A stretch of DNA of 46,799 nt from Desulfuromonadales bacterium GWC2_61_20 (GTDB taxonomy: Bacteria > Desulfobacterota > Desulfuromonadia > Desulfuromonadales > UBA2197): NCBI GenBank assembly GCA_001799485.1, contig MGTO01000124.1, positions 1 to 46,799 on the forward strand, written 5' to 3'. A program made the translations under genes and the position numbers. Shown here piece by piece: positions 17,275 through 27,835 of the stretch. The stretch's first letter is position 1. Every line of letters starts with the position of its first letter. The notes under the pieces were generated by a model. The model worked only from the letters and a program-made list of their open reading frames with translations. It did not search any database and was not told where the DNA came from.

Positions 17275-18383
17275 GCCCCCTCCTGCGACCGGCTCTGCCG
17301 GGAGATATTGAGGAGGATGCCGACGGCCAGCAAGGTACAGAGGAGACTCGAACCGCCATAGGAGATGAAGGGGAGGGTCAGCCCCTTGGTCGGCACCAAC
17401 CCCATGACCACGGCGATATTGACAAAGGCCCCGAGGCCGAGGAGGAAACTGAGGCCGAAGGCGAGATGGCGACCAAAGTCGTCAGGGGCGTTGAGGGCGG
17501 TGCGCAGACCGCGCAGGACCAGGACAAGAAACATCGCCGCGGTGACGAAGACCCCGACATAGCCGAGCTCCTCGCCGATGACCGAAAAGATGAAGTCGGT
17601 ATGGGCCTCGGGAAGGTAGAAGAGCTTCTGTTTGCTCTCGCCGAGGCCGTTGCCGACCAATCCGCCGGTGCCGAAGGCGATCCAGCTCTGGATGATTTGA
17701 AAACCGTCGCCGGTCGGATCCTGCCAGGGATCGAGATAGACCATGACCCGTTTGAGGCGGTAGGCTTTGTGCACAATCGCCCAGCCGATGAAGGGGAGAG
17801 CGAGAATGGCAACGCCGAAGAGATAGGAGAGTCGCGTCCCCGCCGCCAGCAACATGGTCATGGCGACGACGCCGAGGGTCAGGGCGCTGCCGAGATCGGG
17901 CTGCAGCAGCAACAGGAGCAGGAGCATGGCCAGGACGACCATGTAGGGGACGAAGCCGAGCTTGAAGTCGCGAATCTTGTCTTTCTTCTTCGCCAGGGAG
18001 TGGGCCATGTAGAGGATCAGGCCGAGCTTGGCCACTTCTCCCGGCTGAATCGTCACCGGACCGAGGCGCAGCCAGCGCGTCGCCCCGCCGGCGCGGCTGC
18101 CGAGCCCGGGGATGAAGACGGCCAGCAGCAGCAGGGCGCAGAAGAAGAGGAAGGGAAGCGCCAGCCGGCGCAGGTGGTGGTAATCGACCCTCATCGCCAC
18201 GGTCATGACGAGAAAGCCGGCGATGGCATAGATCGTCTGCCGCTTGAGAAAATAGAGGCCGTCGCCGTGATAACGCTTGACCGCCATGACCGAGCTGGCG
18301 GAATAGACCATGACGATGCCGAAACAGGTCAGGGCCACGGCCAGGAGGAGGAGGGTGCTGTCGAACTCGCGCTTTTCGCTCAT
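17271..18383 (-). CDS. ftsW: SEDS peptidoglycan polymerase FtsW
   Basis: MVYSAS, GATRW, QPDLG, LPEAHTDFIF and PFISYGGSS. Confidence 0.96.
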   Translation of the reverse strand: MSEKREFDSTLLLLAVALTCFGIVMVYSASSVMAVKRYHGDGLYFLKRQTIYAIAGFLVMTVAMRVDYHHLRRLALPFLFFCALLLLAVFIPGLGSRAGGATRWLRLGPVTIQPGEVAKLGLILYMAHSLAKKKDKIRDFKLGFVPYMVVLAMLLLLLLLQPDLGSALTLGVVAMTMLLAAGTRLSYLFGVAILALPFIGWAIVHKAYRLKRVMVYLDPWQDPTGDGFQIIQSWIAFGTGGLVGNGLGESKQKLFYLPEAHTDFIFSVIGEELGYVGVFVTAAMFLVLVLRGLRTALNAPDDFGRHLAFGLSFLLGLGAFVNIAVVMGLVPTKGLTLPFISYGGSSLLCTLLAVGILLNISRQSRSQEGA

Positions 18384-19747
18384 CGCCCCTCCTCGCCCCT
18401 TGCAGGGAGTGCCAGAACCGCCCGGGTGAAGACCTCGCCGCGCTCGACGTAACCGGAGAACATGTCGAAACTCGAACAGCCCGGAGAGAGGAGGACGGAA
18501 CCGCCGGCCGGCGTGACTTCCCGGGCCAGCTGAACCGCTTCTTCCAGGGACGCCGCCCGGCGTGTCGTCGTCAGGTGACCGAGGGCGGCGGCGATACGGT
18601 CGGTCGCCTGGCCGATGAGGACCAGAGTGGTCACCTTCTCCTTGATCAGCGGGGCGAGGGGGAGGTAATCGCCCCCCTTGTCCTTACCGCCGGCGATGAG
18701 GGTGACCGGACGGTTCAGGCCGGCCAGGCTCTTGACAACGCTGCCGACATTGGTCCCCTTGGAATCGTTGTACCAGGTCACCCCGTCGAGAACCCGCACC
18801 ACGCGCATGCGATGCTCGAGTCCGGCAAAAGCGCAGGCGGTTTGCCAGGCAAGCGCGGCCGGGCAGCCCGCAAGGAGGGGGGGCAGCAGCGCCGCCATGA
18901 CATTCTCCAGGTTGTGCGTCCCCCGCAACTGTAGTTCGGCCGCGGCGAAGCGGACTTCCCTCCCGGCATGGCGCCAGACCAGAGCCGTTCCGTCGAAACC
19001 GATCCCCTCGGGGAGGAGACGCCGGGAGGAGAAATAGACCCGCCGCGGGGCAATGGCCGCCGTCGCCGAAAGAACCAGAGGGTCTTCGGCATTGAGGATG
19101 GCGACGTCGTCCGCGGTCATCCTTTCGAAAATCCGCAGCTTCGCCGCGACATAGGCGGCCATGTCGGGATAGCGGTCGAGGTGGTCTTCGGTGAGATTCA
19201 ACAACAAGCCGTAACGCGGGTGAAATTGGTCGATGGCCTCGAGTTGGAAGGAGGAGATCTCGGCGACGATCCAGTCCCAGTCGTCTCTCTTAGTCGCCTC
19301 GATCAGGGGGGTACCGAGATTGCCGCCGACAAAGGTCGTTTTGCCCCAGGCGGCGAAGATCTCGCCCATAACTGTCGTCGTCGTCGATTTGCCGTTGGTA
19401 CCGGTGATCGCCACCAGCGGCGCGGTGCAATCACGCGCGGCGATTTCGATCTCGCCGAGAACCGGCACGCCGGCGGCGGCGGCGGCGATCAGAGCGGGGA
19501 CGTCGAGGGGAACGCCGGGGCTGATGACAACCAGATCGGCGGCGACAAAACGGGCGGTGGCATGGCCGCCGAGATCGAGCTCGACGCCGGCGGCCACCAG
19601 CGGTGCCAGCCCGGCTATGGCTGCGGCCTGGCGGCGGTCGGAAAGGAGGACCCTGGCTCCCCGCTGGCAAAAATAGGTGCAGAGAGCGAGTCCGGTACCA
19701 CCGGCGCCGACCACCACCACCTGCATGTCGCGGTAAGAGCGTTTCAT
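18380..19747 (-). CDS. murD: UDP-MurNAc-L-Ala--D-glutamate ligase
   Basis: ITGTNGKSTTT, EISSFQL, DHLDRY, NDSKGTN and SPGCSSFD. Confidence 0.96.
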   Translation of the reverse strand: MKRSYRDMQVVVVGAGGTGLALCTYFCQRGARVLLSDRRQAAAIAGLAPLVAAGVELDLGGHATARFVAADLVVISPGVPLDVPALIAAAAAGVPVLGEIEIAARDCTAPLVAITGTNGKSTTTTVMGEIFAAWGKTTFVGGNLGTPLIEATKRDDWDWIVAEISSFQLEAIDQFHPRYGLLLNLTEDHLDRYPDMAAYVAAKLRIFERMTADDVAILNAEDPLVLSATAAIAPRRVYFSSRRLLPEGIGFDGTALVWRHAGREVRFAAAELQLRGTHNLENVMAALLPPLLAGCPAALAWQTACAFAGLEHRMRVVRVLDGVTWYNDSKGTNVGSVVKSLAGLNRPVTLIAGGKDKGGDYLPLAPLIKEKVTTLVLIGQATDRIAAALGHLTTTRRAASLEEAVQLAREVTPAGGSVLLSPGCSSFDMFSGYVERGEVFTRAVLALPARGEEGR

Positions 19748-19748
19748 G

Positions 19749-20825
19749 TCATCTCAACTTGAGGGTGGAGAGAGCGACCAGCGCCAGAATGATGCTGACA
19801 ATCCAGAAACGCACGATGATCTTCGGCTCCGGCCACCCCTTGAGTTCAAAATGATGATGGATCGGCGCCATGCGGAAGATGCGCTTGCCATAGAGGCGGA
19901 AGGAGGTGACTTGGGCGATAACCGAGAGGGCCTCCATGACGAAGATGCCGCCGACAATGACGAGGACGATCTCCTGTTTGGTGATGACGGCGATGGTGCC
20001 GAGGGCACCGCCAAGGGAGAGGCTGCCGACATCGCCCATGAAGACCTGGGCCGGGTAGGTGTTGAACCAGAGGAAACCGAGGCCGGCGCCGACCATGGCG
20101 CCGCAGAGGACCGCCAGTTCGCCGGCACCGGGGACGGCACTGATCTGCAGGTACTCGGCAAGTTTGGCGTTACCGGCCAGGTAGGCGAAGAGCATGTAGG
20201 TCCCCGAGGCGATGATCATCGGCCCGATGGCGAGTCCGTCAAGACCGTCGGTGAGGTTGACGGCGTTGCCGGAACCGACCACCACCAGCATGGCGAAGAG
20301 GATGTAGAAGAGGCCGAGATCGGGGTGCAGCGCCTTGAAAAAGGGGAAAGCCAGGGTCGTCTTGAACCCGGGGTGGAGGTAGAGCAAGACCCCGGCCGCC
20401 AGCGAAATCAGCATCAACCAGACCATCTTCTGCCGGGCCGAGAGTCCATCGCTGTTCTTCTTTTTGACCTTGCGCCAGTCATCGACGAAACCGACAGCGC
20501 CAAATCCGATCGTCACCAGCAGCGTCACCCAGACGTAAAGGTTGGTCAGGTCGGCCCAGAGGAGGGTCGGCAGGACAATGGCGAGGAGGATCAAGGTGCC
20601 CCCCATGGTCGGGGTCCCCTCTTTCTTGAAATGCGACTCGGGGCCGACCTTGCGGATACTCTGGCCGATCTGGTGCTCCGAGAGCTTGTTGATCAGCCAC
20701 GGCCCGAGGATGAAGGAGATAACCAGGGCGGTAATGGCGGCATAGATGGTGCGGAAGGTGATGTACTTGAAGACGTACAGCGCCGAAAAGTGCGTATGCA
20801 GCGGATAGAGCAGATGATAGAGCAT
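19749..20825 (-). CDS. mraY: Phospho-N-acetylmuramoyl-pentapeptide transferase
   Basis: [26 protein letters not shown] and MAPIHHHFE. Confidence 0.98.
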   Translation of the reverse strand: MLYHLLYPLHTHFSALYVFKYITFRTIYAAITALVISFILGPWLINKLSEHQIGQSIRKVGPESHFKKEGTPTMGGTLILLAIVLPTLLWADLTNLYVWVTLLVTIGFGAVGFVDDWRKVKKKNSDGLSARQKMVWLMLISLAAGVLLYLHPGFKTTLAFPFFKALHPDLGLFYILFAMLVVVGSGNAVNLTDGLDGLAIGPMIIASGTYMLFAYLAGNAKLAEYLQISAVPGAGELAVLCGAMVGAGLGFLWFNTYPAQVFMGDVGSLSLGGALGTIAVITKQEIVLVIVGGIFVMEALSVIAQVTSFRLYGKRIFRMAPIHHHFELKGWPEPKIIVRFWIVSIILALVALSTLKLR

Positions 20826-20843
20826 CTGTGGTGTCCTTTGCCT

Positions 20844-22238
20844 CTAGTTCCCCGGCCCGGCCGGAAAGCTCATCCCTGACAGTGCCGACGAAATCCGTTC
20901 CATCCGCATCCCCCGCGAACCTTTGACCAGAACGCGGTCGCCGCCGCGCAACTCGTGCCGCAGCAGCTCGATCGCGGCTTCATGGCTCCCCGGCAGCAGG
21001 ACCTGAGCTGCCGCCAAACCGCCCTTGCGGGCGCCCGCGGCCACCGCCTCGGCCTGGGCGCCGAGGACAACGAGAAGATCGACGCGGCGGGCCGCCTCGA
21101 CGCCGATCTCGTAATGCATCGCAGCCGTCCCCTCACCGAGTTCCAGCATGTCGCCGAGAACGGCGACCCGCCGCCCGCCGCCGCCAACCGTTTCGTCCAG
21201 CGCCACGAGGGCCGCACGCATGGAGAGGGGATTGGCGTTGTAGCTGTCTTCGAGGAGGAGGAGATCGCTATCGAGGAGGAGGACTTCCATGCGCCCCTTG
21301 CCGGCTCGAAAGGTTTCGAGGCCGCGGACGATGAGATCGGGCGCGACCCCCAGGGCGGTCGCCGCGGCCGCGGCAGCGAGGGCATTGGCGACGTTGTGGC
21401 GGCCGGCACATTGCAGGGTCACGCTCCGCGTCCCCTGCGGCAGCAACAGGCGGAAACCGACGGTGGCGCCGCTGACGGTTACCGCTTCGCCGCGAATCTC
21501 GGCCTGCGGTGAGGCGCCGAAGAGGAGCCGGCGCACGCCGTTGGCCACCGGCAAACCGGCAACGCGCGGGTCGTCGGCATTGATGACGGCCGTCCCCCCT
21601 GGTGGCAATGCGATGAAGAGTTCCCCCTTGGCCCGCGCCACCCCTTCCAGGGTTTTCAGCGTCTCCAGATGGGCGGGTCCGACGTTGGTGATGATGCCGA
21701 CCGACGGCGTCGCAATCTCGGCCAAGCGGGCGATTTCCCCCCGTTCGCTCATCCCCATTTCGAGGACGGCCCAGCGATCTGCCTCCTTGAGGGCAAAGAG
21801 GGTCAGGGGCAAGCCGACCAGGTTATTGAGGTTCCCCGCCGTCTTCAGCCCCGGTCCGGTCTGGGCGAGGATCGCCGCCAGCATCTCCTTGGTCGTCGTC
21901 TTCCCCGAGGAGCCGGTGACTGCCACCAGTGGCAGGGCGAACTGGGCGCGCCAGGCGCGGGCCAATTCGCCAAGGGCACGCAGGCTATCGCCAACTTCGA
22001 TCTGCGGGATGGGCAGGTCGGCTACCGGGCGTTCGCACAAAGCCGCGGCCGCCTCCCCTGCGGCGGCGACTCCGAGAAAGGCATGCCCGTCAAAATTGGG
22101 GCCGCGCAAAGCGACAAAGAGCTCACCGGGAGCGATCTTGCGACTATCGGTGGAAACGCCGGCAACACTCCCCCGGGCTGTTGCCGGATGGAGGCGCCCG
22201 CCGGTCGCACGGACAATCTGGGCAAGATCGAAATTCAT
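20844..22238 (-). CDS. murF: UDP-MurNAc-tripeptide--D-Ala-D-Ala ligase
   Basis: TDSR, VTGSSGKTTTK, DSYNANP, LGDMLELG and KGSRG. Confidence 0.96.
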   Translation of the reverse strand: MNFDLAQIVRATGGRLHPATARGSVAGVSTDSRKIAPGELFVALRGPNFDGHAFLGVAAAGEAAAALCERPVADLPIPQIEVGDSLRALGELARAWRAQFALPLVAVTGSSGKTTTKEMLAAILAQTGPGLKTAGNLNNLVGLPLTLFALKEADRWAVLEMGMSERGEIARLAEIATPSVGIITNVGPAHLETLKTLEGVARAKGELFIALPPGGTAVINADDPRVAGLPVANGVRRLLFGASPQAEIRGEAVTVSGATVGFRLLLPQGTRSVTLQCAGRHNVANALAAAAAATALGVAPDLIVRGLETFRAGKGRMEVLLLDSDLLLLEDSYNANPLSMRAALVALDETVGGGGRRVAVLGDMLELGEGTAAMHYEIGVEAARRVDLLVVLGAQAEAVAAGARKGGLAAAQVLLPGSHEAAIELLRHELRGGDRVLVKGSRGMRMERISSALSGMSFPAGPGN

Positions 22239-23740
22239 CGGGAACTCCGGGACAGGGCCAGTCGCAACTCTTCACGATCGTCGAAATGGAACTTTTCCCT
22301 GCCGATGATCTGATAATCCTCATGTCCCTTCCCCGCGACCAGCAAGACATCGCCCGGGCGCAGGGCGGTCACGGCCAAGGCAATGGCGGCTCGGCGGTCG
22401 GGGACGACGACATAGCCCCGGCCGACGCCACGCAGGGCTTCGGTCTCGCTCCAGGCCCGCGCATGAACCCGGGCCACCCCCTGGCAAATCTCGGCGATGA
22501 TCGCCTGCGGGTCCTCCGTGCGCGGATTGTCCGAGGTCACGATCGCCAGATGCGACATGCGGGCACAGATCTCACCCATGACCGGACGCTTGCGGCGATC
22601 CCGGTCGCCGCCACAGCCGAAAACAGTGAGGATCCGCTGTGGCTGCAATGCGGCGACAGTCGTCAGGACCTTGTCGAGGGCGTCGCCGGTATGGGCGTAA
22701 TCGACGAGGATCTGGGCACCGCGCTCGTTTTCCACCCGCTCCAGACGACCCGGCACCTGCGGCGCCCGCGCCAGGCCTTGGGCGATCTGCTCCAGAGTAA
22801 GGTCGAGAACCTGGGCGGCGGCGATGGCCCCGAGGAGGTTCTGCAGATTAAAGCGCCCGAGGAGGGGCGAGTGCAACGTCAACACCCCCTGGGGCGTCAG
22901 GATCGTCCCGTGAATCCCCTCCAGAGTCACAGCCACCTCCAGCGGCCGCACCTGGGCATCCGCCGCCAGGCCGAAGGTCACGGCCAGCGGCAGTTCGTTC
23001 GCCAGCCGCCGGCCGTAACTGTCATCGACAGAAATGACGGCGCGGCCGCCCACCGCCGGCAGGATCTCGACGAAGAAGCGCCGCTTGCTGGCGAAGTAAC
23101 GCTCCATGTCGCCATGATAATCGAGATGCTCGGGGGTCAGGTTGGTGAAGATGCCGGCGGCAAAGCGGATCCCGTCGATGCGAAACTGATCGAGGGCATG
23201 GGACGACACCTCCATGATGGTAGTATCGGCCCCGGCGGCGACAAAAGTCGCGGCCGTGGCGAGGAGTTCCAGGGCATCGGGAGTGGTGTGCGCAGCGGCT
23301 AGAATCTTGTCGCCGAAACGATAGCTGACGGTACCGAAGACCGCGGGGCGACGACCGGCGGCGACCAGAATCGCTTCGAGCAGATAGGTCGTCGTGGTCT
23401 TGCCGTTGGTCCCGGTAATGCCGACGACCGCTCCCTGCCGGCCGGGGTCGCCGAACCAGCGCGCCGCTACCAGCGCCAGGGCCCGGCGGGTATCGGCAAC
23501 CAGTACACCCGTGACCCCGGCGGGCAAAGCCCGTTCCTCTTCCGCGAAAACGACCGTGGCGCCGGCAGCGACGGCCTGAGCGATAAAGTTGTGGCCATCC
23601 GCCACCCCCCCCCGTAACGCAAAAAAGGCCGTTCCGGGAACGACCTGCCGCGAATCGTGACACAGGGTGACGACATCGACCTCGGTCGAACCGGTCACAT
23701 TGAGGAGCGAAAGGGGCTGAAGGAGGTCTTTAAGTCTCAT
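22235..23740 (-). CDS. murE: UDP-MurNAc-L-Ala-D-Glu--meso-DAP ligase
   Basis: TGTNGKTTT, MEVSSH, VDYAHT, DNPR (DAP-specific) and AGKGHE. Confidence 0.96.
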   Translation of the reverse strand: MRLKDLLQPLSLLNVTGSTEVDVVTLCHDSRQVVPGTAFFALRGGVADGHNFIAQAVAAGATVVFAEEERALPAGVTGVLVADTRRALALVAARWFGDPGRQGAVVGITGTNGKTTTTYLLEAILVAAGRRPAVFGTVSYRFGDKILAAAHTTPDALELLATAATFVAAGADTTIMEVSSHALDQFRIDGIRFAAGIFTNLTPEHLDYHGDMERYFASKRRFFVEILPAVGGRAVISVDDSYGRRLANELPLAVTFGLAADAQVRPLEVAVTLEGIHGTILTPQGVLTLHSPLLGRFNLQNLLGAIAAAQVLDLTLEQIAQGLARAPQVPGRLERVENERGAQILVDYAHTGDALDKVLTTVAALQPQRILTVFGCGGDRDRRKRPVMGEICARMSHLAIVTSDNPRTEDPQAIIAEICQGVARVHARAWSETEALRGVGRGYVVVPDRRAAIALAVTALRPGDVLLVAGKGHEDYQIIGREKFHFDDREELRLALSRSSR

Positions 23741-23762
23741 TGGTAGAGGCAGTTTCCCTTGA

Positions 23763-25754
23763 TTAATGTGTCACTGTCAAGAGCTCTTCGGCCGGTGCCG
23801 CCAGCCGCACCCAGGTCTCGCCGCCGTAGGCGATGGGTTGCCCCGGCGGAGGGGCCTGATCGACCACGCGGCCGCTTCCGACCAGACGGATATTGAGGCC
23901 GCTCCGCGCCATTTCACGCAGCACTTGCCGGCTGCTCAACCCGACGAAATTCGGCATCAGCGGCGCATCGTCGGGATTGTCGATCGGCTCTGCCGGCAGT
24001 TCGTCGGGCAGGCTTTCCGTCTCAACCACCAGCGGTAGCGGGTAGTCCTGGGCCGGCACCGGCAGTGTTGGCTGAACGTTGAGATATTGCATCGCCTGAG
24101 CGGCAAAACGCGAAAAGATCGGGGCCGCCACCAGTCCGCCATAGACCTGATCGGACGGTTCGTCAACCATGACCAGCACGACCAGTCGCGGCGCTTCGGC
24201 CGGAAGGAAGCCGACAAAGGAAGAGACCCTCTTGTCGGCCGAATAACCACCGGTGACCGCATCGACCTTCTGCGCCGTGCCGGTCTTGCCGGCAACGCGA
24301 AAGCCGGGAACGGCCGCCAGAATCCCGGTCCCCTTCTTTTCCGTTACGGTCACCATCATCTCCCGGACCTGTGTCGCGACCTCGGGGGAGACAACCTGAC
24401 GTAAGACCTTGGGACTCCGCTGCTCGACGGTTTCACCATTGCCGTCGACGATGTGGTCGACGACATAGGGTTGCATCAGCACCCCGCCATTGGCGATGGC
24501 ACCGACGGCCGAGGCGAGTTGCAGCGAGGTCACCGTCACCCCCTGACCGAAGGAGATGGCCGCCAGGTCGGCCTCAAACCACTTGCCTGGACGGCGCATG
24601 AGGCCACCGCTCTCACCCGGCAGATCGACCCCGGTAGCTGACCCGAAGCCAAAGGCACTGAGATAGCGGTGATAGCGCTCGCGCTCAAGCATCTTGCCGA
24701 TCTTGGCCGAGCCGATATTGGAACTGTACTGGAGAATCTCTTTCGGGGTGAGCCGGGCATAAGGGTGATGGTCATGAATCACCCTCCCCCCGACCTTGAA
24801 GGTACCGTTTTCGCAATCGATGGTCTGGCGTTCCTTGAGCAAACCCTCGTTGAGGGCGGCGGCGAGGAGGAAGATCTTGAAGGTCGAGCCCGGCTCGAAG
24901 GTGTCGACCAGGGCCCGGTTGCGCCACTGACTCGGCCGATGGTTCTGGAAGGCGTTGGGATTGAATCCAGGCCGGTTGGCCATGGCCAGGACCTGCCCGG
25001 TCGCCGGATCGAGGACCACGACCGATCCGGCCTCGGCCCGTGTTGCCGCGATGCCTGCCGCCAACTCCTTCTCGGCCAGATACTGCAGGTTTTTGTCGAG
25101 GGTGAGATAGAGGTGGCCACCGGGAGCCACCCCCTCCACCTTGTTGCCGCCGGGCCCGATGCCACGGCCCAGGGCATCGCGCTCGGTGACCAGATAGCCG
25201 CCCTGGCCGAGGAGGACACTGTCATATTTGAGTTCGAGCCCCTCCAGCCCCTCGGGATCGAGGCCGGTAAAGCCGATGAGCTGGGCGCCAATCTCGGAGC
25301 TCGGGTAATAGCGGCGATGTTCCTTGATGAAGTTGACCCCGGCCAGGTTCAATGCCTTGACCCGGGCACTTTCCGCCGGCGAAACCTGCCGTTTGAGCCA
25401 GAGGAAGCTTTTTTTCGAGGTCAGTTTGGTTGCGACCTGTTTTTGCGGCAAATCGAGGGCCAGGGCCAGAGATCGCGCGGCCTCGCCCCCTCCCGCGACT
25501 TTTTGCGGCTCGAGAAAGATCGAATCGACTTCGAGACTCAAGGCCAGCTCCTGCCCGTTTCGATCATAGATACTTCCGCGCTGGGGAATCAGGGGAACGA
25601 CACGCTGATATTGATTTTCCGCCCGTTTGCGCCACTCATCGCGAGCGAGTACCTGCAACTGAAACGCCCGGATGGCGACCAACAGAAAAACGACGACGAA
25701 ACAACCGCCGATGAAGTAAATGCGGACCCGCGTCCACTTTTCACCTTTGTCCAT
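23763..25754 (-). CDS. ftsI: Class B penicillin-binding protein FtsI/PBP3 with C-terminal PASTA domain
   Basis: RGSIYDRNG, SxxK (STFK), SSN and KTG motifs, plus PASTA-like 'MPNFVGLS...GSGRVVDQAP'. Confidence 0.95.
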   Translation of the reverse strand: MDKGEKWTRVRIYFIGGCFVVVFLLVAIRAFQLQVLARDEWRKRAENQYQRVVPLIPQRGSIYDRNGQELALSLEVDSIFLEPQKVAGGGEAARSLALALDLPQKQVATKLTSKKSFLWLKRQVSPAESARVKALNLAGVNFIKEHRRYYPSSEIGAQLIGFTGLDPEGLEGLELKYDSVLLGQGGYLVTERDALGRGIGPGGNKVEGVAPGGHLYLTLDKNLQYLAEKELAAGIAATRAEAGSVVVLDPATGQVLAMANRPGFNPNAFQNHRPSQWRNRALVDTFEPGSTFKIFLLAAALNEGLLKERQTIDCENGTFKVGGRVIHDHHPYARLTPKEILQYSSNIGSAKIGKMLERERYHRYLSAFGFGSATGVDLPGESGGLMRRPGKWFEADLAAISFGQGVTVTSLQLASAVGAIANGGVLMQPYVVDHIVDGNGETVEQRSPKVLRQVVSPEVATQVREMMVTVTEKKGTGILAAVPGFRVAGKTGTAQKVDAVTGGYSADKRVSSFVGFLPAEAPRLVVLVMVDEPSDQVYGGLVAAPIFSRFAAQAMQYLNVQPTLPVPAQDYPLPLVVETESLPDELPAEPIDNPDDAPLMPNFVGLSSRQVLREMARSGLNIRLVGSGRVVDQAPPPGQPIAYGGETWVRLAAPAEELLTVTH

Positions 25755-26071
25755 CACCGGACGCTGATGACCTGGCTTGGATTCGGCAGACGCAAGCCGA
25801 GTTCACTGACGGCGACTTGTTCGATGCGCCCGGGATGACGCAGGCTAGCCGCTTCCAAGCGCAGGCGACTCGTCTCCTGCTGGCCGCTGCGCAGTTTGCC
25901 TTCCAGGCTGGAAATGCCGTACTCCAGCTGCAGCACCGACAAGCGCGACCAGACAAAGAAAAGGGAAAGGATCAGGAGCAGGGCAATGAAGCCGAGGGTT
26001 GGCAGCAGAGGCGGCCGACGCGGAATCTGCGTGGCGAGACGCGGCAGGGAAATGGAAGGGGTCTGAAACAT
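25754..26071 (-). CDS. ftsL: Cell division protein FtsL
   Basis: One TM, a leucine heptad coiled coil and 'RIEQVAVSELGLRLP'. Located between rsmH and ftsI. Confidence 0.88.
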   Translation of the reverse strand: MFQTPSISLPRLATQIPRRPPLLPTLGFIALLLILSLFFVWSRLSVLQLEYGISSLEGKLRSGQQETSRLRLEAASLRHPGRIEQVAVSELGLRLPNPSQVISVR

Positions 26072-26119
26072 GGCAGCGCCTCCGTGGCGAAAATTGCATA
26101 CAAAACAGATAATTATGTA

Positions 26120-27076
26120 CTAGTCGTCCTGAGCAACTTTGCGTATCCCCCGCAGTACGGCACTGCGGGCGCGCGGATTACCTTCAACTTCCTCATGGCC
26201 TGCCCGCACCCCCTTGCGGGTCAGGGCCTCGGCCCGCGGCGTCAAACCACAACAGCAGATCGGCAGTCCCGGCGGGCAGGTACACGGCTTGAGCAACGAC
26301 TGAAAATACTGCTTGACGATACGGTCTTCCAGGGAGTGGAAACTGATCACTGCCAGCCGGCCGCCGGGACGCAAACTCTCGAAGCCGGCGGCAATCCCTT
26401 GAGTGACTTGATCCAGCTCACCATTGACATAAATCCGCAGGGCCTGAAATACCCTCGTCGCCGGATGTATGCGTCCCGGCACCTTTCCGCCCGGCACCGT
26501 CTCTCGCACCAGTTCGGCCAGTTCATGCGTCGTGGTCAGCGCCTTCTGGCCACGGACCTTGACGATACGGCGGGCAATCCGCCCGGCCCAGCGCTCTTCG
26601 CCGTAAACCCGAAAAATTCGCGTCAGCTCCTTTTCGTCCCGTCCGTGCAGGACCTCCGCCGCCGTCTCCCCGCGCGTCGGGTCCATGCGCATATCGAGGG
26701 GACCGTCGCTGCGAAAGGAGAAGCCGCGATGCCCGGCATCGAGCTGGTAGGAAGAGACGCCGAGATCGAGAAGGAGACCGTCGATTCCGGCGATGCCCAA
26801 CTCGGCGAGCACCTCCTGCAGCGCGGCGAAGGCCGCGTGACGCAGGACGACGCGATCTCTGAAAGGGGCCAGCACTTCGGCAGCCCTTGCCAGTGCTTCG
26901 GGATCGCGATCGAAACCGATCAGCCGTCCGTCAGGTGCCGTCGCTGCGAGAATCAGCCGGGCATGCCCCCCGCCACCGACGGTCCCGTCGACGAAGAGCT
27001 CGCCCGGGGCTGGGCGCAACAGTCCGAGAACCTCGTCTGCCAGCACCGAAACGTGCCTGAATACCGTCGCTGTCAA
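26120..27076 (-). CDS. rsmH: 16S rRNA m4C1402 methyltransferase
   Basis: DGTVGGGGHA, DLGVSS, LDMRMD, FHSLEDR and NPRARSA. Confidence 0.97.
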   Translation of the reverse strand: MTATVFRHVSVLADEVLGLLRPAPGELFVDGTVGGGGHARLILAATAPDGRLIGFDRDPEALARAAEVLAPFRDRVVLRHAAFAALQEVLAELGIAGIDGLLLDLGVSSYQLDAGHRGFSFRSDGPLDMRMDPTRGETAAEVLHGRDEKELTRIFRVYGEERWAGRIARRIVKVRGQKALTTTHELAELVRETVPGGKVPGRIHPATRVFQALRIYVNGELDQVTQGIAAGFESLRPGGRLAVISFHSLEDRIVKQYFQSLLKPCTCPPGLPICCCGLTPRAEALTRKGVRAGHEEVEGNPRARSAVLRGIRKVAQDD

Positions 27077-27080
27077 AGAA

Positions 27081-27524
27081 CTAGAATCCCATCTCGGCTA
27101 CGATCCGGGCATCGGCGCGCAACAGATCGCCCGACCCGCTGGTCACTTGCTCGTAGCGAAGCTGACTGTAAATCTCGATCTTCTCGAACATGCCGAGGAC
27201 CACCACCTCTTTTTCCAGAGCACCGTGCGTGCGCAAGGACTGGGGAATCTGAATCCGCCCCTGCTTGTCAAAGAGGCATTCGACTGCCGGCGCGATAAAA
27301 AACCGGGTCGCCGATTCTTTTTCCGGGCTGGCCGGACGCTTGCGCACCCCTTCGACGACAGTCTGCCAATGCGCCACCGGGTAGGCCGTCAGCCCTCCCT
27401 GCAGGTTTTTGGTCAGCACCACACACTCGTCCCCCTGCTGCATCAGCTGCTCCCGGAACTTTGCCGGAATGCTTGCCCGCCCCTTGGGATCGATGGTGTT
27501 GTGATATTCGCCGGTAAAGTTCAT
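27081..27524 (-). CDS. mraZ: Transcriptional regulator MraZ
   Basis: Two DxKGR/DKQGR SpoVT-AbrB motifs. Start at MNFTGEY. Confidence 0.95.
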   Translation of the reverse strand: MNFTGEYHNTIDPKGRASIPAKFREQLMQQGDECVVLTKNLQGGLTAYPVAHWQTVVEGVRKRPASPEKESATRFFIAPAVECLFDKQGRIQIPQSLRTHGALEKEVVVLGMFEKIEIYSQLRYEQVTSGSGDLLRADARIVAEMGF

Positions 27525-27548
27525 CGCCTGCCTTTGTTTGGGCCTGTA

Positions 27549-27602
27549 TCCCACTCTTTTACACTTTTTGGGAAATATAGACGCCATCCCCCCTGATGTC
27601 AA
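27549..27602 (-). promoter_or_regulatory. dcw promoter plus MraZ-type direct repeats
   Basis: Minus strand TTGACA-17-TATATT (27602-27574), followed by AAAGTGTAAA-AGAGTGGGAT (GTG repeats 10 bp apart). Confidence 0.75.
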
Positions 27603-27835
27603 GAATATTTTCCATTTTTTCAGGGGGTTAATCGATTTCGAGGAGGAACGGAACCGAACCGAGGTAACGGCTGTGCTCCAAGGGAGAACCTATAGGGGAA
27701 ATGGGCCGAGAAGGGCGAGCCGCCGGCAGGCGAAGAGGCCGGCAAACAAGCAGGATCAGACGCGAAACCGGGGGACGATGACGGGGGGGGGAAGACGACA
27801 GGTTTTTACGGCACTTTCAGGTCGGGCGGAAAAGC

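Noticed and set aside
27603-27835. Possible RNase P RNA (rnpB lies upstream of mraZ in some bacteria)
   Set aside because: Too short, and no GAGGAAAGTCC or other conserved P4 motifs on either strand.
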